Origin: an uncultured Candidatus Binatia bacterium | Lineage (GTDB): Bacteria; Desulfobacterota; Binatia; Bin18 | Direction of reading: 5' to 3' | DNA length: 64,000 nt | Assembly: GCA_965200965.1 (NCBI GenBank) | Contig: OZ241744.1 | Location: 2,016,001-2,080,000, forward strand | Shown: positions 10,763-19,049 of the stretch, one piece after another | How positions within the stretch are numbered: the stretch's first letter is position 1 | Layout of the letters: each line of letters starts with the position of its first letter | Program-made: the position numbers and the translations under genes | The notes under the pieces: model-generated | What the model saw: only the letters and a program-made list of their open reading frames with translations | Database searches by the model: none | Told to the model about the DNA's origin: nothing

Positions 10763-11869
10763 ATGACCATGCGTGTTGTCTCGGCAGACTCCCACATGAT
10801 GGAGCCGGCCGAACTGTGGGTAGAGCGTCTTGACGCCAAGTATAGAGAGCGTGCCCCCAAAGTCATTGACAACCCCAACAAACCGGGGCTGATTTTTGTG
10901 GCCGAGGGCATTGATCCGTTTCCGGTGGCCGGCGGTTTTGGGGCCGGCCGCTCAGGCCAGGAACTCAAAGACCATCTGGACAAGGGCTATGAAGCCGCCC
11001 GGCCAAGCGGCTGGGACCCAGCTGAGCGGATCAAGGACCAGGACCTTGACGGGGTTGAGGCCGAGGTGTTGTACACCACGCTCGGTATGTCGCTGTTCGG
11101 TCTGGAAGACGCCGAACTGCAACGCTCGTGCTTCCGGGTGTATAACGACTGGGTGGCCGAGTTCTGCTCCTATAACCCCAAACGCCTGTACGGCATCAGC
11201 CTGATCTCGCTGTACGATATCGACGCCGCGGTCAAGGAGTTGGAGCGCACCCACAAGCTCGGGATGCGCGGGGCCATGATCTGGGGCTCACCGCCAGAAG
11301 ACACGCCCTACAACAGCCCCATCTATGACAAGTTCTGGCAGGCCGCCTCTGAGCTTGACATGCCGCTCTCGCTGCACGTCATCACCGGCAAGAGCAAGGA
11401 GAGCAAGGTCAATTTTGAGCAGATCAGCTCCTTCTACATGAATCTGATCCACGAGATTCAGCGCTCGCTGACCACGCTGATCTTTGGCGGGGTGCTCGAG
11501 CGTTTCCCGCAACTCAAAATCGTCTCTGCAGAGAACGACATCGGCTGGTTTCCGCACTTCATGTATCGCATGGACCACGCCTACGACAAGTTCAATGTCA
11601 TGGAAAAGAACCCGCTGCCGATGAAGCCCAGCGACTATGTCCGGCGGCAGATGTGGGGCACTTTCCAGGACGACGCCGTCGGTCCGGCCACCTACAAAAT
11701 CTTTGGCGAGGACAACTACATGTGGGCGTCCGACTTCCCCCACACCGACTCGACTTGGCCCGAGTCCCGGCAGTGGATCGCCAAGGACTTTGACGGCGTG
11801 CCAGAGCAGGTCACCAAAAAGATCGTGTTTGACAACGCGGTCAAGGTCTACCGCATGGACCTGGACTAG
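10763..11869 (+). CDS. Amidohydrolase family 2 protein
   Basis: SADSH, DQDLDGVEAEVLY, LSLH, GVLERFP, WASDFPHTDSTWP. Confidence 0.9.
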   Translation: MTMRVVSADSHMMEPAELWVERLDAKYRERAPKVIDNPNKPGLIFVAEGIDPFPVAGGFGAGRSGQELKDHLDKGYEAARPSGWDPAERIKDQDLDGVEAEVLYTTLGMSLFGLEDAELQRSCFRVYNDWVAEFCSYNPKRLYGISLISLYDIDAAVKELERTHKLGMRGAMIWGSPPEDTPYNSPIYDKFWQAASELDMPLSLHVITGKSKESKVNFEQISSFYMNLIHEIQRSLTTLIFGGVLERFPQLKIVSAENDIGWFPHFMYRMDHAYDKFNVMEKNPLPMKPSDYVRRQMWGTFQDDAVGPATYKIFGEDNYMWASDFPHTDSTWPESRQWIAKDFDGVPEQVTKKIVFDNAVKVYRMDLD

Positions 11870-11937
11870 TCCTAACTCAGATGCACCACAGGCCAGGAGG
11901 AACCCCCTGGCCCTCAGTTCGACAGGAGGATTTGACA

Positions 11938-12231
11938 ATGTCTTGGACCGAAGAAGAATTAAGAGAACTCGGCCCGGATTTCTTGAACAGGGTACTTGAG
12001 AACATGAGGGCGGAGGAAGAACCTTCTGTCCGTTTCGGCGAAACAGGGGAGCACATACATCCAAATTACCAAATAGAGTATAGCAATGGAGAAGTGGAAT
12101 GTTTTCGTGGCGATAATCATCAACCCTGGTCGCGGCAGGGAAGGGACGGCCCCTTTAAAGAGAGGAATCTTAGTGGGCTATTCTCATATCAGACTATTAG
12201 AAGATTATGCGACTCAGGGACCAACGAGTAG
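11938..12231 (+). CDS. Hypothetical protein (97 aa, lower GC)
   Basis: AGGAGG RBS before ATG; more AT-rich than its neighbours. Confidence 0.55.
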   Translation: MSWTEEELRELGPDFLNRVLENMRAEEEPSVRFGETGEHIHPNYQIEYSNGEVECFRGDNHQPWSRQGRDGPFKERNLSGLFSYQTIRRLCDSGTNE

Positions 12232-12305
12232 CACGGCCCCGTCTTTAGCCTCATTGCGGAGCAGTTCTCGGTAGCGTTCGAGCGGAAGTGTTCCTGCCGC
12301 TTTTC

Positions 12306-13136
12306 TCAGCTACTCAGCACATCGGCCAGGAAGTCCTGCACCACCGCAACCAGGCCCTCGGGGTTGTCCAGCATGATGTGGTGGTAGCAATCTTTGACCT
12401 CGGCCCAGCGGCCGTCGGGCAGGCCGGCGCACAGTGCGTGCAGCGTAGCGCGGTCAAGTACCGGGCTGTTTTGGGCTTTGACCACCAGGGCTGGACAGCG
12501 GATGTTGGCCAACAGCTTGCGCCCGTCAACCGGCTCGCGGAACAGGGTCCAGCGGTCGAGCTTGGCCACCCATTTGCCGTCGGCCCGCTCGGTAAAGGCA
12601 AAGCCGGCGATATACTCCAGCCGCCCCTTTGAGAACAGCGATTCGCGGGGCAGGACCCGAAAACGGCCGATGGCCTCGGCCCGCGAGTCAAACACCTTGG
12701 CCGGTCGCTGGCCGAGCCGGCGCAAGAAGCGCACCGCGGACTCAGGATAGCTCACGGTGGTATCGACCATGACCAGGGCGGCCACCTCTGCGGCGTGCTC
12801 GGCGGTGTAGACAAAGGCATTGTGCCCGCCCATTGAGTGACCGACAATCACCGGCCGCTCAAGGTCGAGCGTGGCCAGCAGTTCGTGCAGGTCGTCAATG
12901 TAATGGCGGGTGCTGTAGGCCGGGGGTTCGGCGTGCTGGCTGTCGCCGTGGCCCCGCCAGTCGGGGGCGATGACATGGAAATCGTCGGCAAAGGCCGGGG
13001 CGAAGAAGTCCCACCATTGGGCGTAGGCCGAACCTCCGTGCAACAGCACGAGGGCGGGTTTGCCCCGGCTGCCCCAGTCCAGATAGTGGAGCCGCAAGCC
13101 GTTGACGGTTGCAAAACGGTCGTGCGGGTGTGCCAT
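12306..13136 (-). CDS. Alpha/beta fold hydrolase
   Basis: LLHGG, PDWRGHGDS, GHSMGG nucleophile elbow, C-terminal His. Confidence 0.9.
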   Translation of the reverse strand: MAHPHDRFATVNGLRLHYLDWGSRGKPALVLLHGGSAYAQWWDFFAPAFADDFHVIAPDWRGHGDSQHAEPPAYSTRHYIDDLHELLATLDLERPVIVGHSMGGHNAFVYTAEHAAEVAALVMVDTTVSYPESAVRFLRRLGQRPAKVFDSRAEAIGRFRVLPRESLFSKGRLEYIAGFAFTERADGKWVAKLDRWTLFREPVDGRKLLANIRCPALVVKAQNSPVLDRATLHALCAGLPDGRWAEVKDCYHHIMLDNPEGLVAVVQDFLADVLSS

Positions 13137-13230
13137 AGTGCCTTGTCAGGATTGCATGCCAGGCTTTCGAGCCTTGAGGACTCTGGCCGACGACATGGGC
13201 GGCTCTTGGAGACGGACGCCGGCCGCTCCC

Positions 13231-13497
13231 TCAGCCGCCTCCGATAGCCGGCACGAAATGGACCTCGCTGTTGGCCGGGACAGGCTCCGACAGACCACCG
13301 GTGATGATCTCGCCGTTTACCGAAACCGCCACCGAGCCGGCCAAGTCGTTATCCTCAACAACCCGGTCCCGAAAGCCGGGGAATTGGCGCTCCAGGTCGT
13401 CAACAATGGCGCGCAGGGTTGCGCCTGTGGCCGTTGTCCGGTCCTTTCCGCCCGACAGCTTTCGCATCAGGGCAGGAATGAAGACGGTTGACGCCAT
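13231..13497 (-). CDS. MoaD/ThiS family sulfur carrier
   Basis: Small beta-grasp protein ending in PAIGGG. Confidence 0.88.
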   Translation of the reverse strand: MASTVFIPALMRKLSGGKDRTTATGATLRAIVDDLERQFPGFRDRVVEDNDLAGSVAVSVNGEIITGGLSEPVPANSEVHFVPAIGGG

Positions 13498-13578
13498 GCG
13501 TGTGTCTCTCCCCCCTCTCAAGGCGAGAGGGGGTGTGGTCAAGGGGCAGCGGAGAGTGCTCTGACTCCGGCCTAGTCG

Positions 13579-15855
13579 CTAGCTCTGCTCAAGGACCGCC
13601 TTGGTAATTTTGCCCGGCGACATCGGCAACTCTTGCATCCGAACCCCGAGGGCGTTGTGGAGGGCGTTGGCGACCGCGGCCGGCGGTGGGATGATGGGCA
13701 CTTCGCCGACGCCCCGCACGCCAACCGGATGACCAGGGTTGGGCACCTCAACCAGGATCGTCTCGATCATCGGCAGGTCGAGGCAGGTCGGCATCCGGTA
13801 GTCCAGAAAGCCGGCGTTGCGCAGTGTGCCGTTCTCATCGTAGAAATACTCTTCGTTGAGCCCCCAGCCCACGCCCTGGGCAACCGCGCCCTGAATCTGG
13901 CCCTCGACATAGCTCGGGTGGATGGCCCTGCCAACGTCCTGGGTGGCAGTGTAGCGCAGGATATCGACCTTGCCAGTCTCCGGGTCAACCTCAACATCCA
14001 CCACATGGGTGGCAAACGCCGGCCCGACGCCGCGCGGATTGACCTGGGCACGGCCGGATACCGGCCCACCGGTCCGGGGCAGTTTGGTGGCCAACTCCTT
14101 GAGATTCATTGGCTCGTTCTTGGCGTCGCTGAGGCACGACACCACGCCGTCCTGGAAGGCAACGTCTTTGACCTCAACCTTCCACAGCTTGGCGGCGCGT
14201 TCCCTGAGTTGCGTGACCACATCCTGGGCGGCTTCGTACACCGCGGTCCCAGTGGCAAATGTCACCCGGCTGCCGCCGGTCATGTCGGTATGGCCGATGG
14301 ACTCGGTATCGGCCACCACCGGATGGACATCTTCGGCAGCCAAGCCGAGCACCTCGGCGGCGATCATGGCACACGAGGCCCGGGTGCCGCCGATATCGGT
14401 CGATCCGGTCACTAGGTTGGCTGTGCCGTCGCTGTTGATGTTAACGGTTGCGCTCGACTGAAACCCGGCGTTGAACCAGAAACCCGAGGCAACCCCGCGG
14501 CCGCGCTTCTTGCCGTTGCTGGCCTGCGGCTTGGGAGACTGGTAGTGGGCACTGTTCTGGGCGGCGTCAAGGGTTTCGAGATAGCCGATCCTGCCGAACT
14601 GCGGGCCGGCCGGCTGGGCCGTGCCCTCTTTGGCACCGTTGAGGCGGCGGAACTCCAGCGGATCAAAGCCGAGCTTTTCGGCCAGTTCGTCAATGACCGT
14701 CTCCCCGGCAAAGGACGAATTGCTTGATCCCGGGGCGCGGTAGGCAGCCGTCTTGGGCTTATTGACCAGGACATCAAAGCCGTCAATCTGGAGGTTCTCC
14801 AGATCATACGGAGCCAGCACAGTCATACAGCCGGCCCCCACCGGCGCACCGGGGAAGGCCCCGGCCTCGTAGGCCATCCAGATATGGGCGGCGGTGATTG
14901 TGCCGTCCTTGTTGGCACCCATTTTCACCTTGATGTGCGAGCCCGAGGTCGGCCCGGTGGCCCGCAAGACCTCGCCACGGCTCATCACCATCTTGACCGG
15001 CTTGCCGGTTTTCTTTGACAGCACCAGGGCCAGCGGCTCCAGATAGACCGAGATTTTGCCGCCAAAACCGCCGCCGATTTCGGCCGGTACGACCTTCATC
15101 GAACTGGACGGGATATCCAGGATCATGGCCGTCTGGTCACGGGCGGTAAACGCCCCCTGGGTGCTGACCCAGATCGTTGAGCGGCCGTCAGCGTTGTACT
15201 GGGCCACCGCGTTATGCGGCTCAATATAGCCCTGGTGGACCATTGAGGTATCGAATTCGCGCTCAACGACTGCATCGGCCGCGGCAAAACCGGCCTCAAG
15301 ATCGCCCCGGGCAAAGCGCAACTGGCTGGCCACGTTGGTCTCTTTGTCGCTCTTCTCCTCGGCCCCGCTGGTCCGCAACTCGGGCAGGAGAATAGGCGCG
15401 TCGTCCTGCATGGCGGTCATTACATTCTGGACATGGGGCAGGACTTCATAGTCAACCGTGATGAGCGTGAGCGCCTCTTCGGCAATATGCGGGTTGGTCG
15501 CCGCCACCGCGGCCACGGCGTGTCCGTCGTACAGCACCTTGTCCCGGGCCATGACATTCAGCGACAGATGGCGCGGATTCATCGGCAGTTCACCCATCAT
15601 CGCCCCGCCGCTGGGCAGGTCTGGGAGATCCGCGCTGGTAATGACCGCTTTCACCCCGGGCAGGGCCAGCGCGGCTGACGCATCAATGGACCTGATCCTG
15701 GCGTGGGCGTGCGGGCTGCGCAGCACCTTGCCGTGCAACAGGCCGGGCAGGTCGATATCCGCCCCATATTTGGCCCGGCCGGTGACTTTATCCACCCCGT
15801 CATGCCGAATCGGACGGGTTCCGATAACCTTGAACTTTGCCTCTTGTTGCGCCAT
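13579..15855 (-). CDS. Xanthine dehydrogenase family molybdopterin-binding large subunit
   Basis: KVTGRAKY, LRSPHAHARI, IGGGFGGK, AYRAPG, EGQIQG, GVGEVP. Confidence 0.93.
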   Translation of the reverse strand: MAQQEAKFKVIGTRPIRHDGVDKVTGRAKYGADIDLPGLLHGKVLRSPHAHARIRSIDASAALALPGVKAVITSADLPDLPSGGAMMGELPMNPRHLSLNVMARDKVLYDGHAVAAVAATNPHIAEEALTLITVDYEVLPHVQNVMTAMQDDAPILLPELRTSGAEEKSDKETNVASQLRFARGDLEAGFAAADAVVEREFDTSMVHQGYIEPHNAVAQYNADGRSTIWVSTQGAFTARDQTAMILDIPSSSMKVVPAEIGGGFGGKISVYLEPLALVLSKKTGKPVKMVMSRGEVLRATGPTSGSHIKVKMGANKDGTITAAHIWMAYEAGAFPGAPVGAGCMTVLAPYDLENLQIDGFDVLVNKPKTAAYRAPGSSNSSFAGETVIDELAEKLGFDPLEFRRLNGAKEGTAQPAGPQFGRIGYLETLDAAQNSAHYQSPKPQASNGKKRGRGVASGFWFNAGFQSSATVNINSDGTANLVTGSTDIGGTRASCAMIAAEVLGLAAEDVHPVVADTESIGHTDMTGGSRVTFATGTAVYEAAQDVVTQLRERAAKLWKVEVKDVAFQDGVVSCLSDAKNEPMNLKELATKLPRTGGPVSGRAQVNPRGVGPAFATHVVDVEVDPETGKVDILRYTATQDVGRAIHPSYVEGQIQGAVAQGVGWGLNEEYFYDENGTLRNAGFLDYRMPTCLDLPMIETILVEVPNPGHPVGVRGVGEVPIIPPPAAVANALHNALGVRMQELPMSPGKITKAVLEQS

Positions 15856-15858
15856 GAC

Positions 15859-16338
15859 TTACCTCCCTTGCATGACCGAAGCGGCGTCTAACACCGCTTT
15901 CACAATTTTGTCATACCCCGTGCAGCGACACAGATTGCCGGCCAGCGCGTAGCGCACCTCGGGTTCGCTGGGGTTTGGATTGCGGTCCAGCAGTGCCTTA
16001 GCCGTCACCAGGAAGCCGGGCGTACAAATCCCGCACTGGAGAGCGGCGTGTTCCAGAAACTTCTGCTGGAGCGGATGGAGCGCATCGCCGTCGGCCAGCC
16101 CTTCTACCGTCGTAATCTCCTGGCCTTCGGCTTCGACACCGAGCACTAGGCACGAACACGAGGGGCGACCGTTGAGAATCACACTACAGGCACCGCAGTC
16201 GCCAGTCAGGCAGCCCTCTTTTGAGCCGGTAAAACCGAGTTCGTCACGCAGCACTTCGAGCAAGCTCTGGCGCGGCTCACACAGGAACTCGGTAACTTCG
16301 CCGTTGAGTGTCGTTTGAACGTGAACCTTTCTTGCCAT
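15859..16338 (-). CDS. (2Fe-2S)-binding small subunit, CoxS-like
   Basis: GSKEGC..GDCGAC, QCGICTPG, GNLCRCTGY. Confidence 0.95.
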   Translation of the reverse strand: MARKVHVQTTLNGEVTEFLCEPRQSLLEVLRDELGFTGSKEGCLTGDCGACSVILNGRPSCSCLVLGVEAEGQEITTVEGLADGDALHPLQQKFLEHAALQCGICTPGFLVTAKALLDRNPNPSEPEVRYALAGNLCRCTGYDKIVKAVLDAASVMQGR

Positions 16339-16434
16339 ACTTTTCCTGCCTTCCTCAGAGAGCCATGCGTGTCAAGGGCCGAGCGAAACCGGGCTGTTTC
16401 CGGCCTCAACCCCTCCCGCGTCAGGCACGGCGCA

Positions 16435-17307
16435 TCAGGCTCTGGCGCGGGCTCGCTCCCCCGCCTGTTTGAGCGTCCGGCGCGTCAACACGCCAACCAG
16501 ATGGGTCCGAAACTCGGCTGGACCGCGCATATCAGAGATGGGCCGCGCAATGCTCTGGGCCAACTCGGCCGCCCGATCAATGTTCTCATCGCTAAACGGC
16601 TTGCCAACTAGGTAGGCGCTGGCCTCCTCGGCAAACAACTGGGTTGGCGCAACCGCGCCAAGACCAATCCGGGCCGCGGTGCAGGTACCGCCGTCAAGGG
16701 AAACGCACGAGCCAACGCCAACCACCGCAATATCCATTTCGTTGCGCGGAATGAAACGCTGGTAACAGTCGGCCGTTTGGCCCCGGGGAGCCGGAACGCG
16801 AAGGTCAACCAGAATTTCATTTGCCTCAAGCACAGTCTCACCTGGGCCGGTCACAAAATCTTCAGCCGCAACATCTCGCTCGCCGTTTGGGCCGGCGATA
16901 TGACAGCGGGCACCAAGCGCGATGAGGGCCGGCGGCGTATCCGCGGCCGGCGAGCCGTTACACAGGTTGCCACCGATTGAAGCCCGGCTCAGAATCTGGT
17001 CCGAGCCGATCAGGCCGGCCGCTTCAACTAGGCCGGGATAGTGCCGCTGCACGGTCGCGTCTTCGATAAACTGACAGCAGGGATACGAGGCACCAAGCCG
17101 CAGTCCATCCTGAGCGCTGAAGGTGCAGGTCTGGAGTTCAGGAATCGTCTTGGCATCAATAATGACCCCTGGCTGTTTGACACCCGCACGCATCTGAATA
17201 ATAAGGTCCGTACCTCCAGCCAACAGCCGCCCATTGTCGCCAGCAGCAGCCACTTGGCTGAGCGCTTGACTGAGCGATGTCGGCGCGTCGTATGTAAATG
17301 CTTGCAA
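16435..17307 (-). CDS. FAD-binding medium subunit, CoxM-like
   Basis: LAGGTDL, ASIGGNLCNGSPAAD, PISDMRG; TTG start after an AGGAGG RBS. Confidence 0.92.
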   Translation of the reverse strand: MQAFTYDAPTSLSQALSQVAAAGDNGRLLAGGTDLIIQMRAGVKQPGVIIDAKTIPELQTCTFSAQDGLRLGASYPCCQFIEDATVQRHYPGLVEAAGLIGSDQILSRASIGGNLCNGSPAADTPPALIALGARCHIAGPNGERDVAAEDFVTGPGETVLEANEILVDLRVPAPRGQTADCYQRFIPRNEMDIAVVGVGSCVSLDGGTCTAARIGLGAVAPTQLFAEEASAYLVGKPFSDENIDRAAELAQSIARPISDMRGPAEFRTHLVGVLTRRTLKQAGERARARA

Positions 17308-17434
17308 AGTTCCCTCCTGTTCGAGCCCGGGCTTGTGCCAGGCTACCTGAAATACACCCTCAGATTTCACTAGTCTGTTCTGCACGCGGAAGCAAGGCCC
17401 ATGTAACCGGCCAGGAACGGACGCCCGCCGCGCC

Positions 17435-17490
17435 GAACAGCAGGCTCTTATACCATCCATAGAGCTTCCACGCAAGCAAAAAGGACCGGG
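17435..17490. repeat. Left copy of the 56-bp direct repeat bounding the island
   Basis: gaacagcaggctcttataccatccatagagcttccacgcaagcaaaaaggaccggg; 53/56 identical to 21525-21580. Confidence 0.95.
17447..17475 (-). promoter_or_regulatory. Putative sigma70 promoter for the Mo-enzyme operon
   Basis: Minus strand TTGCGT-N17-TATAAG with an extended -10 TG. Confidence 0.6.
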
Positions 17491-17508
17491 CTGTAGGCGG
17501 GGGATCCC

Positions 17509-17652
17509 TTGCTGATTAGAAAGAACTCCCTCGAAGTTGCCCTCCCGCTGGACGCCATCAGCACGGCATCGGCTCGGGAGAAGTCCATTCGGCACGAGCC
17601 TTCGAGTACGCTGTACCCGTGGCGAGCGCAGCGGCGGTTCTGTGCCGGGTAG
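17509..17652 (+). pseudogene. N-terminal remnant of a DUF1156 adenine DNA methylase
   Basis: Translates as IRKNSLEVALPLDAISTASAREKSIRHEPSSTLYPWRAQRR, matching the recalled DUF1156 start (IEVALPL.AIN..SAREKSIRHGHPSTLH.WWARRP). Confidence 0.75.
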
Positions 17653-17947
17653 GCTTTGGATGGGTCCCAGGGATGACATGAGTCGGAGCGCTCAGGGAGA
17701 TTTGGGGCGTCTGGCGAGAACGCAAGCAAGAGATCCCATTGCTAGGGGTGGTCCTCATTGACAAAACAATAATCGAGATTCCACCAAGGTTTGCGGGTTG
17801 TTTGCCTGTGAGTCTGCCAACACCAAGCAAGTACCCATATTACCCCAAGCCGGTCGTCAGGGCAAAGTCGTTCCCGGTCCTAATGCGGCCCCCGTTCCAA
17901 GGATAGTCTAAACTGGCATAGTCGATATTGCCCTCTATCCTTACAGC

Positions 17948-18199
17948 GTGACTCCTAATCCACTCCACCATCCCGACTATGTGGTTTTCACCGATCTGCT
18001 CCGATCTGTCCGAGTGGAGGCAGGTGTCACGCAGGTTGAGTTGGCTCGTCGTCTCGGTATTGAGCAATCGACAATCAGCAAGATCGAGAGGCGAGAGCGT
18101 CGCGTAGACGTTGCCGAGTTGCGGCAAATCTGTATCGCGCTTGGCATTTCGTTTATCGAATTCACCTCTCGGCTCGAACGGGCAATCGCCAGGAGTTGA
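17948..18199 (+). CDS. XRE-family HTH regulator, similar to R-M controller (C) proteins
   Basis: LRSVRVEAGVTQVELARRLGIEQSTISKIERRERRVDV; overlaps the nuclease start. Confidence 0.88.
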   Translation: MTPNPLHHPDYVVFTDLLRSVRVEAGVTQVELARRLGIEQSTISKIERRERRVDVAELRQICIALGISFIEFTSRLERAIARS

Positions 18200-19023
18200 C
18201 TGAGATGGGGAGCGTAACCAAGAAGTCCTCATCACCGCTTGAAGGGTTCCCAGACCAGGATTTCGCTTGGTCAGAGAATCAATGGAATGTTCTCGTAGAG
18301 CATCTGATAAGCTTGGGGTTAGTGACATGGCATGAGATCGGCGCTTTGGTGCTAGGACACCTAAATCCCTCACAGGTCGGCACCTCGCTTGCCTCAAAGA
18401 AGTCCTTCCAGAAACATTTTCCAAAGCAGAAAACATGGCAAGCAGTTAGACAATGGCATTTTGATCAACCCGGCACTTGCAACGACTGCGGAACTAGACT
18501 AGAGCTTCAGGCTGACCACGTTATCCCGAAGGAGATAGTTGGCAAAGTTGGCAAAGAGATTGCTGAAAGCGAGATCGGCGACCGCTCGACTCTGCTAGCG
18601 AGGATCAACGATCGATTGACAGCGGAGATCAAGAGCAGCGGCGATGCGAATAGAATTTCTGTAAATCTCCGAGAAGCTATAGGGGAATCTCTATGCGATG
18701 CGTTACTAGAAGAAGAATATGACCAACAAACACTCGTTGAGATCGTTGATAGAATCGACAATATCGTACTACGTTGCCGCCGCTGCAATGTAGTCCGCCG
18801 CCCATCCCATAAGCATGGCGGGAAAACCTTCCTAACCACCGAAGCAGCCCTGATGTGGCTTCTGATCGTCAAGAGACCAAATACTTATGAGGAATTTCAG
18901 AATCTCTGCCGCTCCTATGGGATGACAATGGCCAACATTAGATTTGAGGAAGCGTGGGCGATGGCAATCTGGTTAGCACGAGAGGGAGCCTACTCAATCA
19001 GTTCCTCCTCTAAATACAAGTGA
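18196..19023 (+). CDS. HNH-type endonuclease, putative restriction enzyme
   Basis: CNDCG...LQADHVIP ... NIVLRCRRCN, a Zn-bound HNH signature with a long insertion. Confidence 0.75.
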   Translation: MTEMGSVTKKSSSPLEGFPDQDFAWSENQWNVLVEHLISLGLVTWHEIGALVLGHLNPSQVGTSLASKKSFQKHFPKQKTWQAVRQWHFDQPGTCNDCGTRLELQADHVIPKEIVGKVGKEIAESEIGDRSTLLARINDRLTAEIKSSGDANRISVNLREAIGESLCDALLEEEYDQQTLVEIVDRIDNIVLRCRRCNVVRRPSHKHGGKTFLTTEAALMWLLIVKRPNTYEEFQNLCRSYGMTMANIRFEEAWAMAIWLAREGAYSISSSSKYK

Positions 19024-19049
19024 TCGTCTCGATGATGTGAAAATAGGTC

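Noticed and set aside
13505-13535. REP-like hairpins (cccctctc..gagagggg; also near 39533-39550)
   Set aside because: Isolated and dissimilar palindromes, too few to define a repeat family or terminator.
13579-17307. Aerobic CO dehydrogenase (coxMSL)
   Set aside because: The active-site loop is AYRAPG, not AYxCSFR (form I) or AYRGAGR (form II). Called only as xanthine dehydrogenase family.
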